This document shows positions 39,175-53,300 of a stretch of DNA of 64,000 nt, one piece after another (the first letter of the stretch is position 1; each line of letters opens with the position of its first letter). The DNA comes from Enoplolaimus lenunculus. Taxonomy: Eukaryota. The DNA lies in assembly GCA_030248215.1 (NCBI GenBank), contig JASANG010002922.1, positions 310,001 through 374,000 on the forward strand, read 5' to 3'. Made by a program: the position numbers and the translations under genes. The notes under the pieces are model-generated. The model was not told the origin of the DNA and searched no databases. It saw nothing but the letters and a program-made list of their open reading frames with translations.

Positions 39175-42100
39175 ATGACCGAAACAGCAGCAATCCATCG
39201 GCAAAGTGCTTTATACGCTACGCGAAAACCAATTCGTGTTAACATTAGCGGTGTATTTACGTATCACCGACCGTTCGGAAATTCAGTGGATTGGGGCAAA
39301 CATTTGTTTTTACCCACCAATCATTCCAGTAACGAAACAAACACAAGCTCAGGTACAAGATTTCCAACCATAACAGTCACAGTCAGAAGTACATCTCAAG
39401 TTGTTACTCAGCAACGTTCAGTACCAGCTAATTCGGCAACGAGAAAATACACAGGAAAAGGATGTTTTCGGTAAGTCTTAAAACGAACTAAAGTACTAAA
39501 GATACTCAATTACAATACTGCAGAGGTGGTGATGTACCACAAGCAAGCCCGTAGCCAGCTCACCTTGCTAGGGGAGGGGCTAAAAATTATTCAGGAGGGT
39601 CATTTAAAGGTATTCAATGACTTACATGCAAGGTTGAAATTGTTTTAGGGGGGCCAAAAAATTTTCCAGGGGGGGCTGAGCTCCCTGCCTTTCTCTTGAC
39701 TACGGGTTTGGCCAAAAGATGAACTTGTAAAAATTAGCGAATTTTTATGCGAAGCAAACTATTAATTTTGTTAAATTTTCGTGCTACAAGTTGTCAAACG
39801 CAACTTATTCCATAGAGAGACCGTTCGAAAAGCTTTGCAAGCACTCGGAGTAAAAGTTTGCTCCGCTTAAATGTCTCAGCTACGTAACATTAGAAATTGA
39901 TAGTTACTGTCCTGACCCGAATAAGAAGGGAGAACTGATATTTATTTGACCTCTCCAGAGGGTGTCCCCCTTGTTATTCGGTCACGGACTGTTATTTATT
40001 TTTAACCCACGCTCCGCCGCCCTTCGTTACTAATATATTCGGTATTGCAACTATCCGTTGAATTAAATGTTTTTGCCTTGTATCAAAAGCTTGAGCGATA
40101 ATGCAAGATTATAGTTTGGGTTGTTATTTTCAAAACGTAAGTACGCTTTAACTTTCGAACTCAACTTTATTTGGTCCTGGAGTTATTTATGCGATACAAT
40201 CAGGGATAATTGTCATTTATGAACTCTAATTAGAGTTTAGGGACTGTATCCGCTGACGGACTCTTATTAGGGAAACGGACTCCTATTGATCGGGACTCAA
40301 AATGGGAACCCCTCTTATTACCCCCTCTTATTCGGGTCAATACACTATTGGGCAAAAAGGGTTCTTTGAAGCTGGGACAAACTTATGGAACATAAAATTC
40401 CTTCAATGGTGTAGAAAGATTTTCAGACTGGAAGAAAAACGCCGTAGTGACCGTGCCCCCTTCATCAACGAAATAGTTGCGGCTCTGTAAACAATATATA
40501 CCTGAATACATATATTGTATCCGCATTTGTCGGCTTCAAAAATTAATATAATAAAGCAAGTTCTACAACTTAGCCAAAATTAAAATGCCTGAAAATTAAC
40601 CTTTTACCTAATATATATACTTTGGACAAGTTTTCACCCCCTAGAAAATTTTCAACCTTGCTTGTAAAAGTAATCGAAATCCCTTATAAATTCCGCCTGA
40701 GACATTTTTAGCCCCCTCCCTAGCAAGGTGAACTGGCTACGGGCCTGTCATAGCTCTACGCCTATAAGCCAAATTAACTCGTGTCTATTGGTCGCAAAAT
40801 TAGTGTGTCAACGGCTACTATCTGCTGGAGCAACAAGTTATAAATATGAACGGCGAAACTTGCCAGATGTTTATGTTTGGCTTCTTAAGCTTAAAGTCAG
40901 AAATCAGCAATTCGTAATAGAAAACTTCCGGCCTGGCACTTCATTTCTAAGCAAATTTTCCTGCAATTCAATACAGTAGTTTACCTTTTACATGTATGGC
41001 TTCGACGGAAATAAATCAGAAGCTCTGATTGGTTTATATGTGTTCCAATTCCTGACTCATAATCCACAAAATTTTGTTCCAATAGAAATGTAAAAGTAGT
41101 CTAAACATTAGTCCCAACGCTATGCATAAGACACAACGTAAGGTTAAGTCCAAAACTAAGCCTAAGCAAAAAATTAGTCTAAAGTATAAGCTGTAAGGCG
41201 GACCCACAAGTTTCGGACGGAGGGAGGGGCGGGCTGGCAACTGATATGAAACGCAAAAATTGTAAGGTAGGGACCTTAGGGACCTCACCATTTTATAGCC
41301 AAAAAACTTTCTAAAGGGCAAAATTGTAAGGTTTTCTGTCAAAAAATTTCTGAGGTTAAAAATTGCATTTTTTGTTACAAAATTATTTTGTGAGGGGGAA
41401 AACTGTAACGTACTTAGTGACCTTACCATTGTATCAAAAAAAATGGTAACGGGGGTGGGCGTACGCCCCCTCGTGTCTCCCCTTTGGATACGCTACTGAG
41501 CCTAAGCTTAGCCTGTTGCAGATCTGTGGGAAAATGGTGCGTATACCTAAAGATGACATGGGCCAAATTTGTGTTTTATGTTTACTTTTATGGCTAAAAT
41601 GGCTAAATTAGAACCAAATCATTGTCAGTGACTATTCATTGTATCGAAAGGATAAATAACCACATTAAGCATTGCGTGAACAAAGTATCTCGTAGTGTTT
41701 TTGTCCTGCAGTAGATACTTCAACTGCGGAACACCTCTTTGTTTTCGTGTTTGTAAGCCGCTCTATCACCGTATAAACCTCATTTGTAGAAACTGAGTGG
41801 TAATGGTAAACACCTTCCACTCAACGGTTTGGGTTCAAATCCTAGCTTGAAATTAGATCTTAGATGGACTAGAAAAATATTCATGTGAGAAAGGGTTTAA
41901 AACCGCATATATGTGTATATATCGGTGTTCAATTGAACGTATACTGAAACCAGAGGCTACAAATGTAATGGGATAGTCTAAATATTAATTTGGTTGCTAT
42001 AGTAATGAGACGTTTAATTGTGTAGTTGAGTTAGTCTAGAAAAAACGTACTTGAATAAGCTTTCTTCATAGCTTACCGCGGAATTTATTAGGGTTCTATA

Positions 42101-44275
42101 AGCGGGGGGTACAGCTAATTTAACGACAAGAGGTGCCAATCGTGGGCCCATGTAAAGATCAGGGTCGGAGAGTTTTTCAGTAAGACTAGAAGACAGTAAG
42201 CTTAAGCTTTAGACTAATTTTTTTGCTTGGCTTAGGCTTAGGCTTAGTCTTAGGCTTAGGCTTAGGAATATGCTCATTCTTACGCTTAGGCTTAGGGTTA
42301 GGCTTAGGAATATAATTATTAAACTGTTCTGCCCCTGTTCTTTTCATTATCCCAATCGTAGACGGGACCCCTTGAACAAAGCGGGTGAGAAGACCAGTGT
42401 TGGATGTGAAAATCTGGGGGTGAGCGGTCCCCTTCCGACCCCTCTAACGTGATCTACAGCCTTCTACAAAAGTTTTTGTCGAGGGGATTCGATTGTCACA
42501 CTTGTGTTATAACAATTATTACCGGTTGCTGATAAGTCTTGTAATTTTTAAAACACTGAATTTAAATGTTTCATGAACGGAAAGTTTCGTTACGCTTCGG
42601 TTTAACAGGCTTAGGTTTAGGAATATACTTCTACCATTGTTACGGCCCTGTTCTATACATCGGTCCAAATTCGGTACACGATTGCAATAGCACATGGTGC
42701 AACAGCGTTTTAAGCTCATATTGCATGCCGTGATGTGTCATGCTCTGTACTACGCGTTGTTCCGGAGCCATGTAACAAAACCCTTAAGCAGACCAATTGC
42801 GTCGAGGGCGCAATATTACTCAAATCGTATGGTGTACCGGCTTTGACGGTTAACGTCAGGGGCCCAAAACCCCTCCATTCCTGGGGGCACGCGGTAGTAG
42901 CCGTAATATTGAGTTCAATCAACACTGATGTACTACAGACTAACAGTTTAAGCGTAACTTTGGTCGAGTTAAAATTGCAGTCTCATGGCACTTTCTTATT
43001 AATGAAAATCAAAATTTTCGCTTTCTGCTTTTGACACAGGGTTAAATTTGGCATACTTCTGTTTTTGTTCGAAAAGTTGAACAGTTCAAGTAATTACTTA
43101 GGCATATACTTAAGTAAAGAATTCAGAAACCCAGCCCAGCAATGCACTACAAATAGTTTGAGAGCATTTTATGTCTCACCAGCCGTTTAATGTTGAACGG
43201 ATCTCGAACAGTTGGAAATTAAACCGCAGAGTACTTACAACCAGAAGTTTGCCTACGGTTCGGGAAGAAATTCGACCTCAGGAATCGGTTCTGGTAAAAA
43301 ATTTTGACAGAGTTTCCGACAGCTGCAAATTTTTCATGTTTCTAAAAAAAGTTGTAAGCTTCAGTGAGTTTGTTTGTAACTTTAGCGCAATTTTGAAAGC
43401 ATTTAATTAACCGAAATTTGTCAGAATGAAATTTTTGACGGAACGTAGCTTAGTATTTTCATTAAACTTTGTAAATTAAAATCATTCTTACATAATTTAG
43501 CCAATGTAAAGAACACGGGCGGAACAGTGTTATAAGCATATTCCCAAGCCTAAACCTAAGCCTAAGCCTAAGCCAAGCAAAAAATTAGTCTAAAGCTTAA
43601 ACTTACTCTTTTCTAGTGCCACAGAAAAACGTTCCGCCCCTGATCATTACATGGGCTCATAATTTTGACTTAACGCCCTGGTCGAAAGGTCTGTACTAGT
43701 AAATGTTTTACAACATAAATCATATAAAACTTCAGTCCACTGCAATTAGTTGTTCACACACACCTCTCACAGTGCATGTGTCTTTTGCGCCTGCAGATTA
43801 AGTTACTATATTTCTTCAGAAATTCTATTCGTTCGCAACAACAACTGCAACAAAAGCAACAACAACAACAACAACAACAACAAAAACAAACTAAACCTTT
43901 AACTCCAAAAAATGCTAATTCTGCCAGAGCAAAATCTAACTTCAAATCGCCGCTAAGGAAGCAGACTGCAGTCATGGAAGAACTTCCTGTGACAAATACT
44001 ATTAAAGCCCCAAGCCTGTCCAGCAACACCTTAAACGGTGAAACTACGAAACTTGACTTACCTCTATTACCTGGAAGCACTCGGTCGTTGCCCGCGTTCA
44101 CTTCAACCAGTAAGCGCAACTCAAAACAGCGGCAACAGCAACAACTGCCACTACAACACCATCAACAACCGCAAGAAAAACAACAAACACTCCACCACCA
44201 CAAACAACAACAGCAACCGCAGCAACAAATTGAAAAACAACAACAACAACTACCACAACAACAACAACAACTACC

Positions 44276-44368
<93 letters not shown>

Positions 44369-47300
44369 CGAAACATTTCACACGCGATCGCAAAGCCTGG
44401 ATCGAAAATATATATTCAACAGCCCAACGGAATCACTCCGTAGCACATCATCGACAACCGTTCTTCATTCACGATTTCATCGTTCAATGGATTATGTGAG
44501 GCGACTTGCGGCGTTTCAACAAAAATCACTTGAACTCGACCGGAGCGCACGTGTATTTGCGGGTCAAGCCAAAGGTACAGACCCACTCTCGGGGTCCAGA
44601 GTCGTTTCAACTCAGTGGGGCTCGGTGCCGGCGGCGTTGAATAATTTAGGATATACGGGTAAGTATTTCATATTGGAACTATGGAACAGAACGCAATGCG
44701 GGACCGTTAATTTTTAACAGTAGCGAAAATAATTATTTAACATCTCAAATCTATATAATTAAAGCTGGAATGCTCCACATACGTATTTTGGGCAAATTTC
44801 CGACATTACTTTGTTGTCAATATTTTTTAGCATAAACTATACCACGAGTTTTTAACAGATTAGCTACATTTGTATTAAAAAAACTTAAAACATATTTGCC
44901 GAAAATTTCCAACAATCTACTACTTTGTAACTTATAAAATAAAGGCTCTGCGAGGTTAACGTCTCAGCTTTTATCTCGTATTTTTGCAGTTCACCTCCAG
45001 GTAAGATATCTCAAAATTGGGCCGGATACAAGGGGAGACAAGGGGAATATAACCCTTCAAAATTCGTAGGAAGGCTTTAAAAACGCACGTTCACAGTAAC
45101 TACAACAGCCAGCAGAGGTCGAAAAATTGTTTTTTTTCGCTAGCTACGTTCGCTCACAACAGATATTTAGACGAAATTAATGCTGTCCGAAAATAAAATT
45201 TTGGCTACGCGTATGCGTAAGCTGAAAAGAAATTCTCGCGTTGGACCCTTAGCGACAAAAATAAGCTTAAACACAGCTGTATTCTACTTTAAGGAAGCCC
45301 AACCTCGCCTAGCGACGATTCGGCATTGACGTCGAGCTATACAAGTGCCGGTACCACAAACAGCGGCGGAAGTCTTTCGAACGGAAGCTGTCTATCTGCA
45401 GACGGGACTCAAACGAAGAACCCGAAACTTCAAAGCTATAAACGCTCTCTACGATCGATAAAGCAACGCCGAAAAGCCGCCGCAAGCAGAGAGAACCTTC
45501 CGAAAATAGCAGCAACTACCTTTCGGCACACCGGAGACCCTATGCGTTCAACGTACGAACTATGCCGGACCCCACCTGCCCTAAGGACCCCTTCTATCGT
45601 TCAACCAAACCGTCAAGGTCAGCCAGGTTATATTAGTCCCTGTCAGCGGAGCCCTGAGCCCTTTTATACCGGCAGCCGGTTGGTACTTTCGAGTCAAGAT
45701 CCTATAGATCAGTCGTCCAATTTATTAGGGTCAGCAAATCAATCTGAAAGTAACACTGGATATCAACCTGGGTATATAAGTCCATCTCAAGCGAGCATTG
45801 CACGGTTTGATGCCGTAAACCGGCCTGTATCTTCCCATCAAGAGTCCATAGATAAATCAATCAAACGCTCTATCACCAAACTTGACCATAGCCCTAACCA
45901 AGTAGTTGCAAACCCTTTACCAGCGACAGAGCCAGTTTTGCCTGAACCCAATGCGAACAACGAAAAACTAGCGCTAGCGCGACGATTTGTAGAAGACGAG
46001 CTACGAAAGCTACTCGGAACATCGCAATACCAAAGTGATTCTAAATTATACAATTTTTCTCCTGGAAATAATTCATCAATTACTCCAATCATTCAGACAC
46101 CGTTTATTACTTCAACAGTAGCTCGTTTTGATCAGGCCATAATGGAAAACGATAACCGCGGAGCGATGGCAGCATACGCCCAGTTTCAGACAGCAAAAGG
46201 TAATTTGAGCAATTTCTCAAGCAGCTACTGCGAAAATCGCCTGTGGGAAGCCAGCAATCAGCTTGCTCCTTCGAAGGGCCAGCCGATAAACCATGATCAA
46301 GATTGGAATGCTCATGAGTTGGCAATTTGTTGCAACCAGCCGCCAAGACGAATATCAGCCTTCACTGGGGGTTCAGCAAGTCAAAGGGTGTCACCCCGGA
46401 AAGGTTTGCCACCGGAAATCGAAGGAAACTGCGGTAGTTGTGGCCAAAATGTTGCGCAACGAACGCTAAAGGTGCTTGAACTGCAAGCTGGTAGTGGCGA
46501 AGTCACAAACGGGATACGTCCGGTATCAGTATCCGGTGATGTGAAGCTGTCTCCGGGCGGAATTACCGATGTTAACGGATACTGTTTAGATATGAACCGG
46601 GGGACCCTTGAAACGTATCGAATGAAACCGATCCCAGTTAGTACAGGTAAACAATCAACGTTTTTCTGCAATTTATAAGCAACATCCTATTTTACGAAAA
46701 AAGTTTTTGCAGCGACAACTTGCAGCTGCAACTTGCAGCTGCGAAGTTTTGTGAAAAAAAATTCGAACAAAACTTCTACGTTCGCATTGCAGCTGCAAGT
46801 TCTCACAGCAAAAATTTACAAATGTGAATGATTAGCATTTGCTTGCCCCATAAACTAATCTTAATATTTTTCTAGCAGTGCGATCGTGAATTACAGTAAT
46901 TCTAAATTAAACAGTACCATAAAGAGCCGTTTACGAAAATTTTGCACCGGATATGGTGGGACTCGAACCCACGCAGTACAAATTACTGGTCCGCTGCTTT
47001 AACCACAGAGCTGCGCAGCCATACAAACTTTTCGCTGCAATGGCTCTACATACCTTAAGTTTTGGTACTACAAGATACTTGTATGAATACGCCGCGTAAT
47101 CACATGAACTAGAGAGCGTTGCTCACATTTCCCAACCAATACCGCTAAGTAAGTCTAAGTTAACCAGTACCATATAGAGCCCTTCACAAACATTGTCTTC
47201 TCAACACAGCTGTTAATAGTAAAGTTAACGTTGTATTAAGTACGGTGATGTAGCATCTGAAAGCTGGTACAGTTATAAACTAGCATATATCAACCTTTTT

Positions 47301-50300
47301 ATCATTTTACAAGAAGCTTAACTCTGTACGGACTGCTGAAATATATTTATCATGATTCAGTTCAGAATCTTTGTAGTGTAAAACTACTTTTTTAACATTG
47401 CTCTTGTCATATTTATAGGTGCTTTTCCAAAATCTGTCACAGCCGTTGGCCAGTGTAACTCGGCCAACAGGCGCAGTGTCGCTCAGCAACTAGCCATTCA
47501 CAACAACTCATGGTCAGCCACAACCGCTAGCGGTCAATCGTACAGAAGTCCTGGTACCGGGTCACGCGACATTTTGCCGGCGTCGGCACAACGCCCTTGC
47601 CCGAACGCAGCGGCTCTTGAAGCAATTTTGTTAAACAATCACGCTGCTTATCATTCGAGCGTCGATCATTGTTCGAACGAACAAATTCAACTGTATCGTG
47701 CAAAGAAGGAAGCATTGCAGGTCAAACATTTTGCATTTTAACTTTTTAGTTTTTTTCAGCACAAAAAACTACAGTAAATCATTTGGTAATAAAATGCATG
47801 CAATGCTTACTTGTTTTAAAATAACTTCATTCCCGACGTACCTCACAGATAGAAGTAGAACGGCCGTAGGGCGCCGCTCCCGGGTCCACGACTCGAGGGT
47901 CTTTGTTCTAGCCGCCCTATGGGGGTCCTCACGGAAATATCTGTTTATGTAACACAAAATTAACCGCAGCATTTCAGCGATTTTTATGTTTATTTCCATT
48001 GTTATACAAGTAATCTATTTTCTCACGACATTTACTTTTATCAAGAGTGCATGATACTCTTAACAAGAGTATGCAACTGGGAACATTCTGTGTCGAAAAG
48101 AATGTACCTGGCACGCGTTGCATTTTTGGCCTACACCCCTTACTTGGGGGGGGCAAAATTTTCATTAAACGTTATAAATACGTTGCATTCCCATATGTTC
48201 ATACATACTCCGCGTATATCTTTAATCGTCGAAGCAACATATTGTGCATTAAAACTCAAATCAACCCCCCCTAAATCAGGTGGGTAAGGCGAAAATGCAA
48301 CGCGTGCTGGTACACTTTGTTCCATTCAGCGCCCAGATCGTTGCACACTCTCGTTTAAGATCATCCACTCTTGCTTTGATCAATTACAGTTTAAAATTGA
48401 AATAAGCTTCGAACCAGAAAGAGTCGATGAGCGATAAACAATTTTATATATATTCAGTCTATCGAAAGCGTTTCAGTTTAGTTTTGAGCTAAAAACGTAA
48501 AAGCGAGAGAAATTCATCTTCCCATTTTTATCCTTTTTACCCCACACGGGGGTCCTATCCCATTGGGTTACCAATCTGCAATGACCACCTTGCCCCATGG
48601 CGACCCTCGCCCCGCTTTGATTTCGGAACTATCTTTAGCTATGATGGTTTATGTATACTGCAGGAGTGATAAGTAACGCACATACCAGGTAACTTTTTCA
48701 GACAATAACGCGACAGACACTGAAGCCAAAAACGTTCGGTAAATGCAAATGCAGGTTTCTCCCCTCAGAAAAGTTATTCGGCGTACGCATGATATTGTCC
48801 AAGTTCGAAAAATTTGTTTCGCCATTAAGTTAAAGTTGACTCGAATTTTATTTGTTCTAAAATTCAGATTCTAATTTATTTTAAAATTCAAAAAGTTTAT
48901 TTCAGGGCCTTTTGTCCGACATCGATCGACTGTCATATTCCCGGCGCTCGGGAGATGCCCCTTTTGTGTCGTCTCCGCCACGCCACAGTGTTCCTCGTCA
49001 AACATGCAGTGATGGTGCTAGCAGTCGTTGTTCGTCAAACGTGTCACTGCACTTTCATAGAAGACATCATCGTCATTTGAAGCGGCATAAGTCGCAGTGT
49101 GACCGTGGGCAAAACGGCGCAAAATGTCGCGTGACGGGACAGGACACGCAACGCTGTGTAACCAATCAAAATTTGGCCAACATCAACTCAATACTGGAAC
49201 AGAAAGCGCAAGTTCAACACGTCGAGGTAGCAAAGAGATGTGTGTCTTTTGGTTATTCTCCCAGCAGCTGTTCGCTCAAAACTGGCCCGATTTTGAAAAT
49301 TTTGCCTACTTGATGTTCTACAATGACCTCCCTTGATCATTCTCGCTCTGATTTGAATTTCTGAAAAATTAAGCTTTTTGACCAAAAATGTCGAAAATTT
49401 ACAACGTTTACATGTAGTTGAACGAAGCTCTTAGCGTTAAATGAGATAGTGTTAAATATCCCCTGATCAAACAATCGTTCTCGAATACCAGTAGCCATCA
49501 AAGGCGGGATATCCGGATACCCGTTTTTTCGAATACATATCCGGTTATTTTTTATATCCGGCTTCCCAGATACCCGGTGCCCATCTTAACGAACTGCCAT
49601 TTACAGCTCCGGTGTTGGCAGCGCAATAAAAATTGTATGGTCAGGTGTATATGCCTACTTTATATAGTATTAATTGTTTCAGGATCGTATCAAGACTCTT
49701 GAAACTTTATCATATCCTGTAACTGCGAACAACTTTGTTGCCGAAAGTAGTGGAGGTGACAGCGGATTTGCTCAAACTACAGAATCAACCAGTGATTCAC
49801 CACAAAGAGCAGGCGCCGATAGCAACAGTCATCTGCATGAACTATACAACCATCGGCCACCTTTACTGCCACCGAACACTTCAGCGCAATCACGGTTAGT
49901 TTCATCAAGAGTGCATGATACCGTTTAAGAAGAGTATGCAACTGGGTACATTCTATGTAGAAAAAAATGTACCCAGCGCGCGTTGCATTTTTGGCTTACC
50001 CCCCCCCCCGTATTTGGGGGGGGGGGTCAAAATCTCCATCGATGTTGAAATTCATGTGCTATTGTATATACTAAAATGTGGTCCGATTATATTTTCGGTG
50101 TTGGCTGACGGATACACGTGTAAAATGAACGTAAAGTTGACCCCCCCAAAATGAGGGGGGATGGCCAAAAACGCAACGCGTGCCGGTACATTCTTTAATA
50201 CACAGAATGTATCCAGTTGCACACTCTTGTTAGAGTGATCATCCGCTCTTGGTTTCATAGACGACATTCAGTATGAGCTATGCGGGTGAAGCGCAAGGCC

Positions 50301-53300
50301 GCCAGGGACCCGGCCCCTCCCAGCTGAAAACCTGTTCTGTCGTATAGAGGCAAGCCAACTTGTTAGTCAGGATATATTTTTAGTTCACAATTTCAAAAGT
50401 ATAAAGCAAAATTGATTATATATCTAAGTAGGGTCAGAACCAAAATTTACATTAAGCTTACTGTACTAGTGAGCGCGAATACTGAAAAACTGTATCCAAA
50501 TTTTCTAATTATATAGAACAATCACGTCTATGTGCTAAAAAACTATTGACAACAAAGTATGCTGGAATCTTGCCCAAAATACGTATATGGAGTATTCCAG
50601 CTTTGCGCTAAAATGCAACGAATTATACTGCTTCAAACACAACTTGGTGTACTTCTTACCTTAAAGTAAACGAAACAATTCAACCCTGAATCTAGCCATT
50701 CTAACGCTTAAACTTGTGTTTCAGACCACAATTACCAACCAGCTACCGACATATGTCCACCGGTACGCCGTCAAAGCCTGCAGTCCAATGCTTGCAAGGG
50801 GGACACCCTTACATACCCCCTCTGAATCACACCAGTCGCGCAGCCGGATTATTTAGTCGCAGCCCTTCAAATGGCTTTCACTCGAGTAGCGATGCAACTC
50901 GAACTTCCGGCACCAGTGACGATTCATCCACGCGAGAAGCTCGGAGGTCTAACGGACATCCGGTTAGTCAAATCCGGTCAAAAAGTTTAGGATCAAAACG
51001 ATCTGGGGTATCCGCAAGAGGAGTCGCGTGGTATGTTGACGTTGACAACGCAAGTGAAAGCGCAAGACAGCGACTACTGGCTGAAGGTGTAATTCGTGTA
51101 CGCGCTGTTACTCTGAACAAAGCACCTTCACTGCAGGTAAGGCACAGAGTTCACTGAATGCAGCAGATTATAGCTGAGCATGGGTTTTAGTGTTTTTTTA
51201 CACAATTTTTTTTCAGTTTCGAGGGGAAACATTGTAAATTAACTAAATTAACATGGAATAGAAACTTTCAATTTGTCACAGGCCGTTGTTTTCGTTTTGG
51301 AAGCAAACTATTTTAACCAACGTGTTCAGCTGAGTGGAATGGTGTTAAATGTTTTCAGCGTTGTTCGTATTAGTAGAGTTTGTTAATGTTCAGTATATAT
51401 TTTTATGCGATTTATTTCGGCTTGGAGGGCAATGATTTTGACCGACGATGTAAAATGTGATTGGTTCAACATTTGGACGACTTTAAATTTTCACCAACTC
51501 CCGCTTGACCTTTACAAAGGTTGTTCTGCTGACTTGGATGGTACACGAATTTTCAACCGCGGCCCTGGGGAGGCCTCAAATGCATATGGCTCCAGACAGA
51601 CCTTGAAAGCTACCCACAGTTTCATCTGTCTTCCATTATTGCCCTGCGATCATTAGACAACATTGAAACAGTGAGATGTGGCACCAAAATCGATATTAAA
51701 TATTAGTTTTTAAAGCCGAATTGGAACAGTGAAATAAACGCAATTTCCTCTACTTAATCACCAAAAACAATTTCATTTAAACGGGTCCCGTCTCCTGTAC
51801 CTTTGATCACGCGACGTCCTGAAACCGGGTGTTAATTTTCCTATTTTTACATCAAACAGGAATCACTGTCCGATCAGCGACCAAAATTTATCATGGATTG
51901 CAAGCGACGACAGCGTAAAATTGCAGCTGCGTCGTGTGTTCGTGCAACTGCACAACGACAATTGCGCGAACTCGCCGCTGATGTCGCTGCGGGTAAACAA
52001 TCTATGCCAAACGGGCAATATTTGGAGTTAATCAGTCAGTCACAAGCTCGTGCGTTTCCGCTGGCTGAAATGGTGCGACAAACTAAACGGTAAGTCTTGC
52101 TCCTGTTTCCGCTACAACCCCTCGTACTTGCGGGACGAATGCGAAACGGACAACGATCAAATGATAAGGTCCTTGCCTTTATTTTTTTTAATTTTGTGCC
52201 ACGAACATTGCGTTTCGACTGACGCTCAGTTCGCTGGCGAAAGTTTCTCACCATATACATGGAGTGCCCCCCCACGCCCAATATTTCACGACCCGCCACT
52301 GGTATATATGTAGACATATCTGTGGGACTGGAAAAGGTTTGTGTTGGAATCAGGGTGTAAACGGATAGTAAAAAGAGCCAAAGACCTGCGGCATATATCT
52401 GGAGTTAATCATTCAGTCCCACGCTCGTGCGTTTCTATTCGCTGAAACGGTACCGTAGTAACCCGAATAAGACGGGGACTAACATTTATTTTGCTTCTGA
52501 AGAACTGGTACCCCCTGTTATTCGATGACAGACTTCATTTATTTTCAATTCAACCTATGTTAGTTGAATCCAAAATACCTACAACACTCTTCATTTTATC
52601 TTCTGTCTTTTAGGAAGAACTGACTTAATCCGAAGCATTTTTGCTGATTGTCATGCAGGTTAATCTCTTTTGTGGATTTGATGCACCTATGTTTAGGTAT
52701 ACGGGTTGTCTATGCATCTATTACATATTTAAGCAGTCCAGTCCATTATTCTACTTTAGTCTCTTGGGACTCAAAATGTGGGGACCCCTCTCATTAACCC
52801 CATCGTTATCGGGTCACTACAGTACGTCAATCAATTTCAGTAAATACAAGCAACTACCGGAATATCAACAGAAACGTATTGACGAACGCGCAGCCTTTGA
52901 AAAAACAACTAATAGAATAATGGCAAAAATGTACAATGAAGTAAGTTCGCATTTTCAATTCAGAAGATTAATTAATTTTGTCGCCACCGCGGCCGGATGT
53001 CGATTTTTTGCCAGAACCGGAAGCAGAGTCCGGTTGTAACCTGTTTGCTTCGCCCATTTAATAGCTAGACCACTAAGGCCCATGTATAGAACAGGACCGA
53101 AACAGTAGTGTAAGCATATTCGTAAGACTAAGCCTAACGCCTAAGCTTAAACGTAAGCATGAGCCTATTTTTATGCCTAAGCCTAAACAAAAAATTTAGT
53201 CTAAACCTTAAACTGACTCTATTACAGCCCCTCCGCAAAACGATCCGGCCCTGTTCTATACATGGGCCAGAACTAAACGCCATACAGGGCTTTTAGAATT

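Noticed and set aside
44038..44499. Poly-Asn and antisense poly-Val ORFs
   Set aside because: Alternative frames of the CAA microsatellite; only the Gln frame fits the splice phases.
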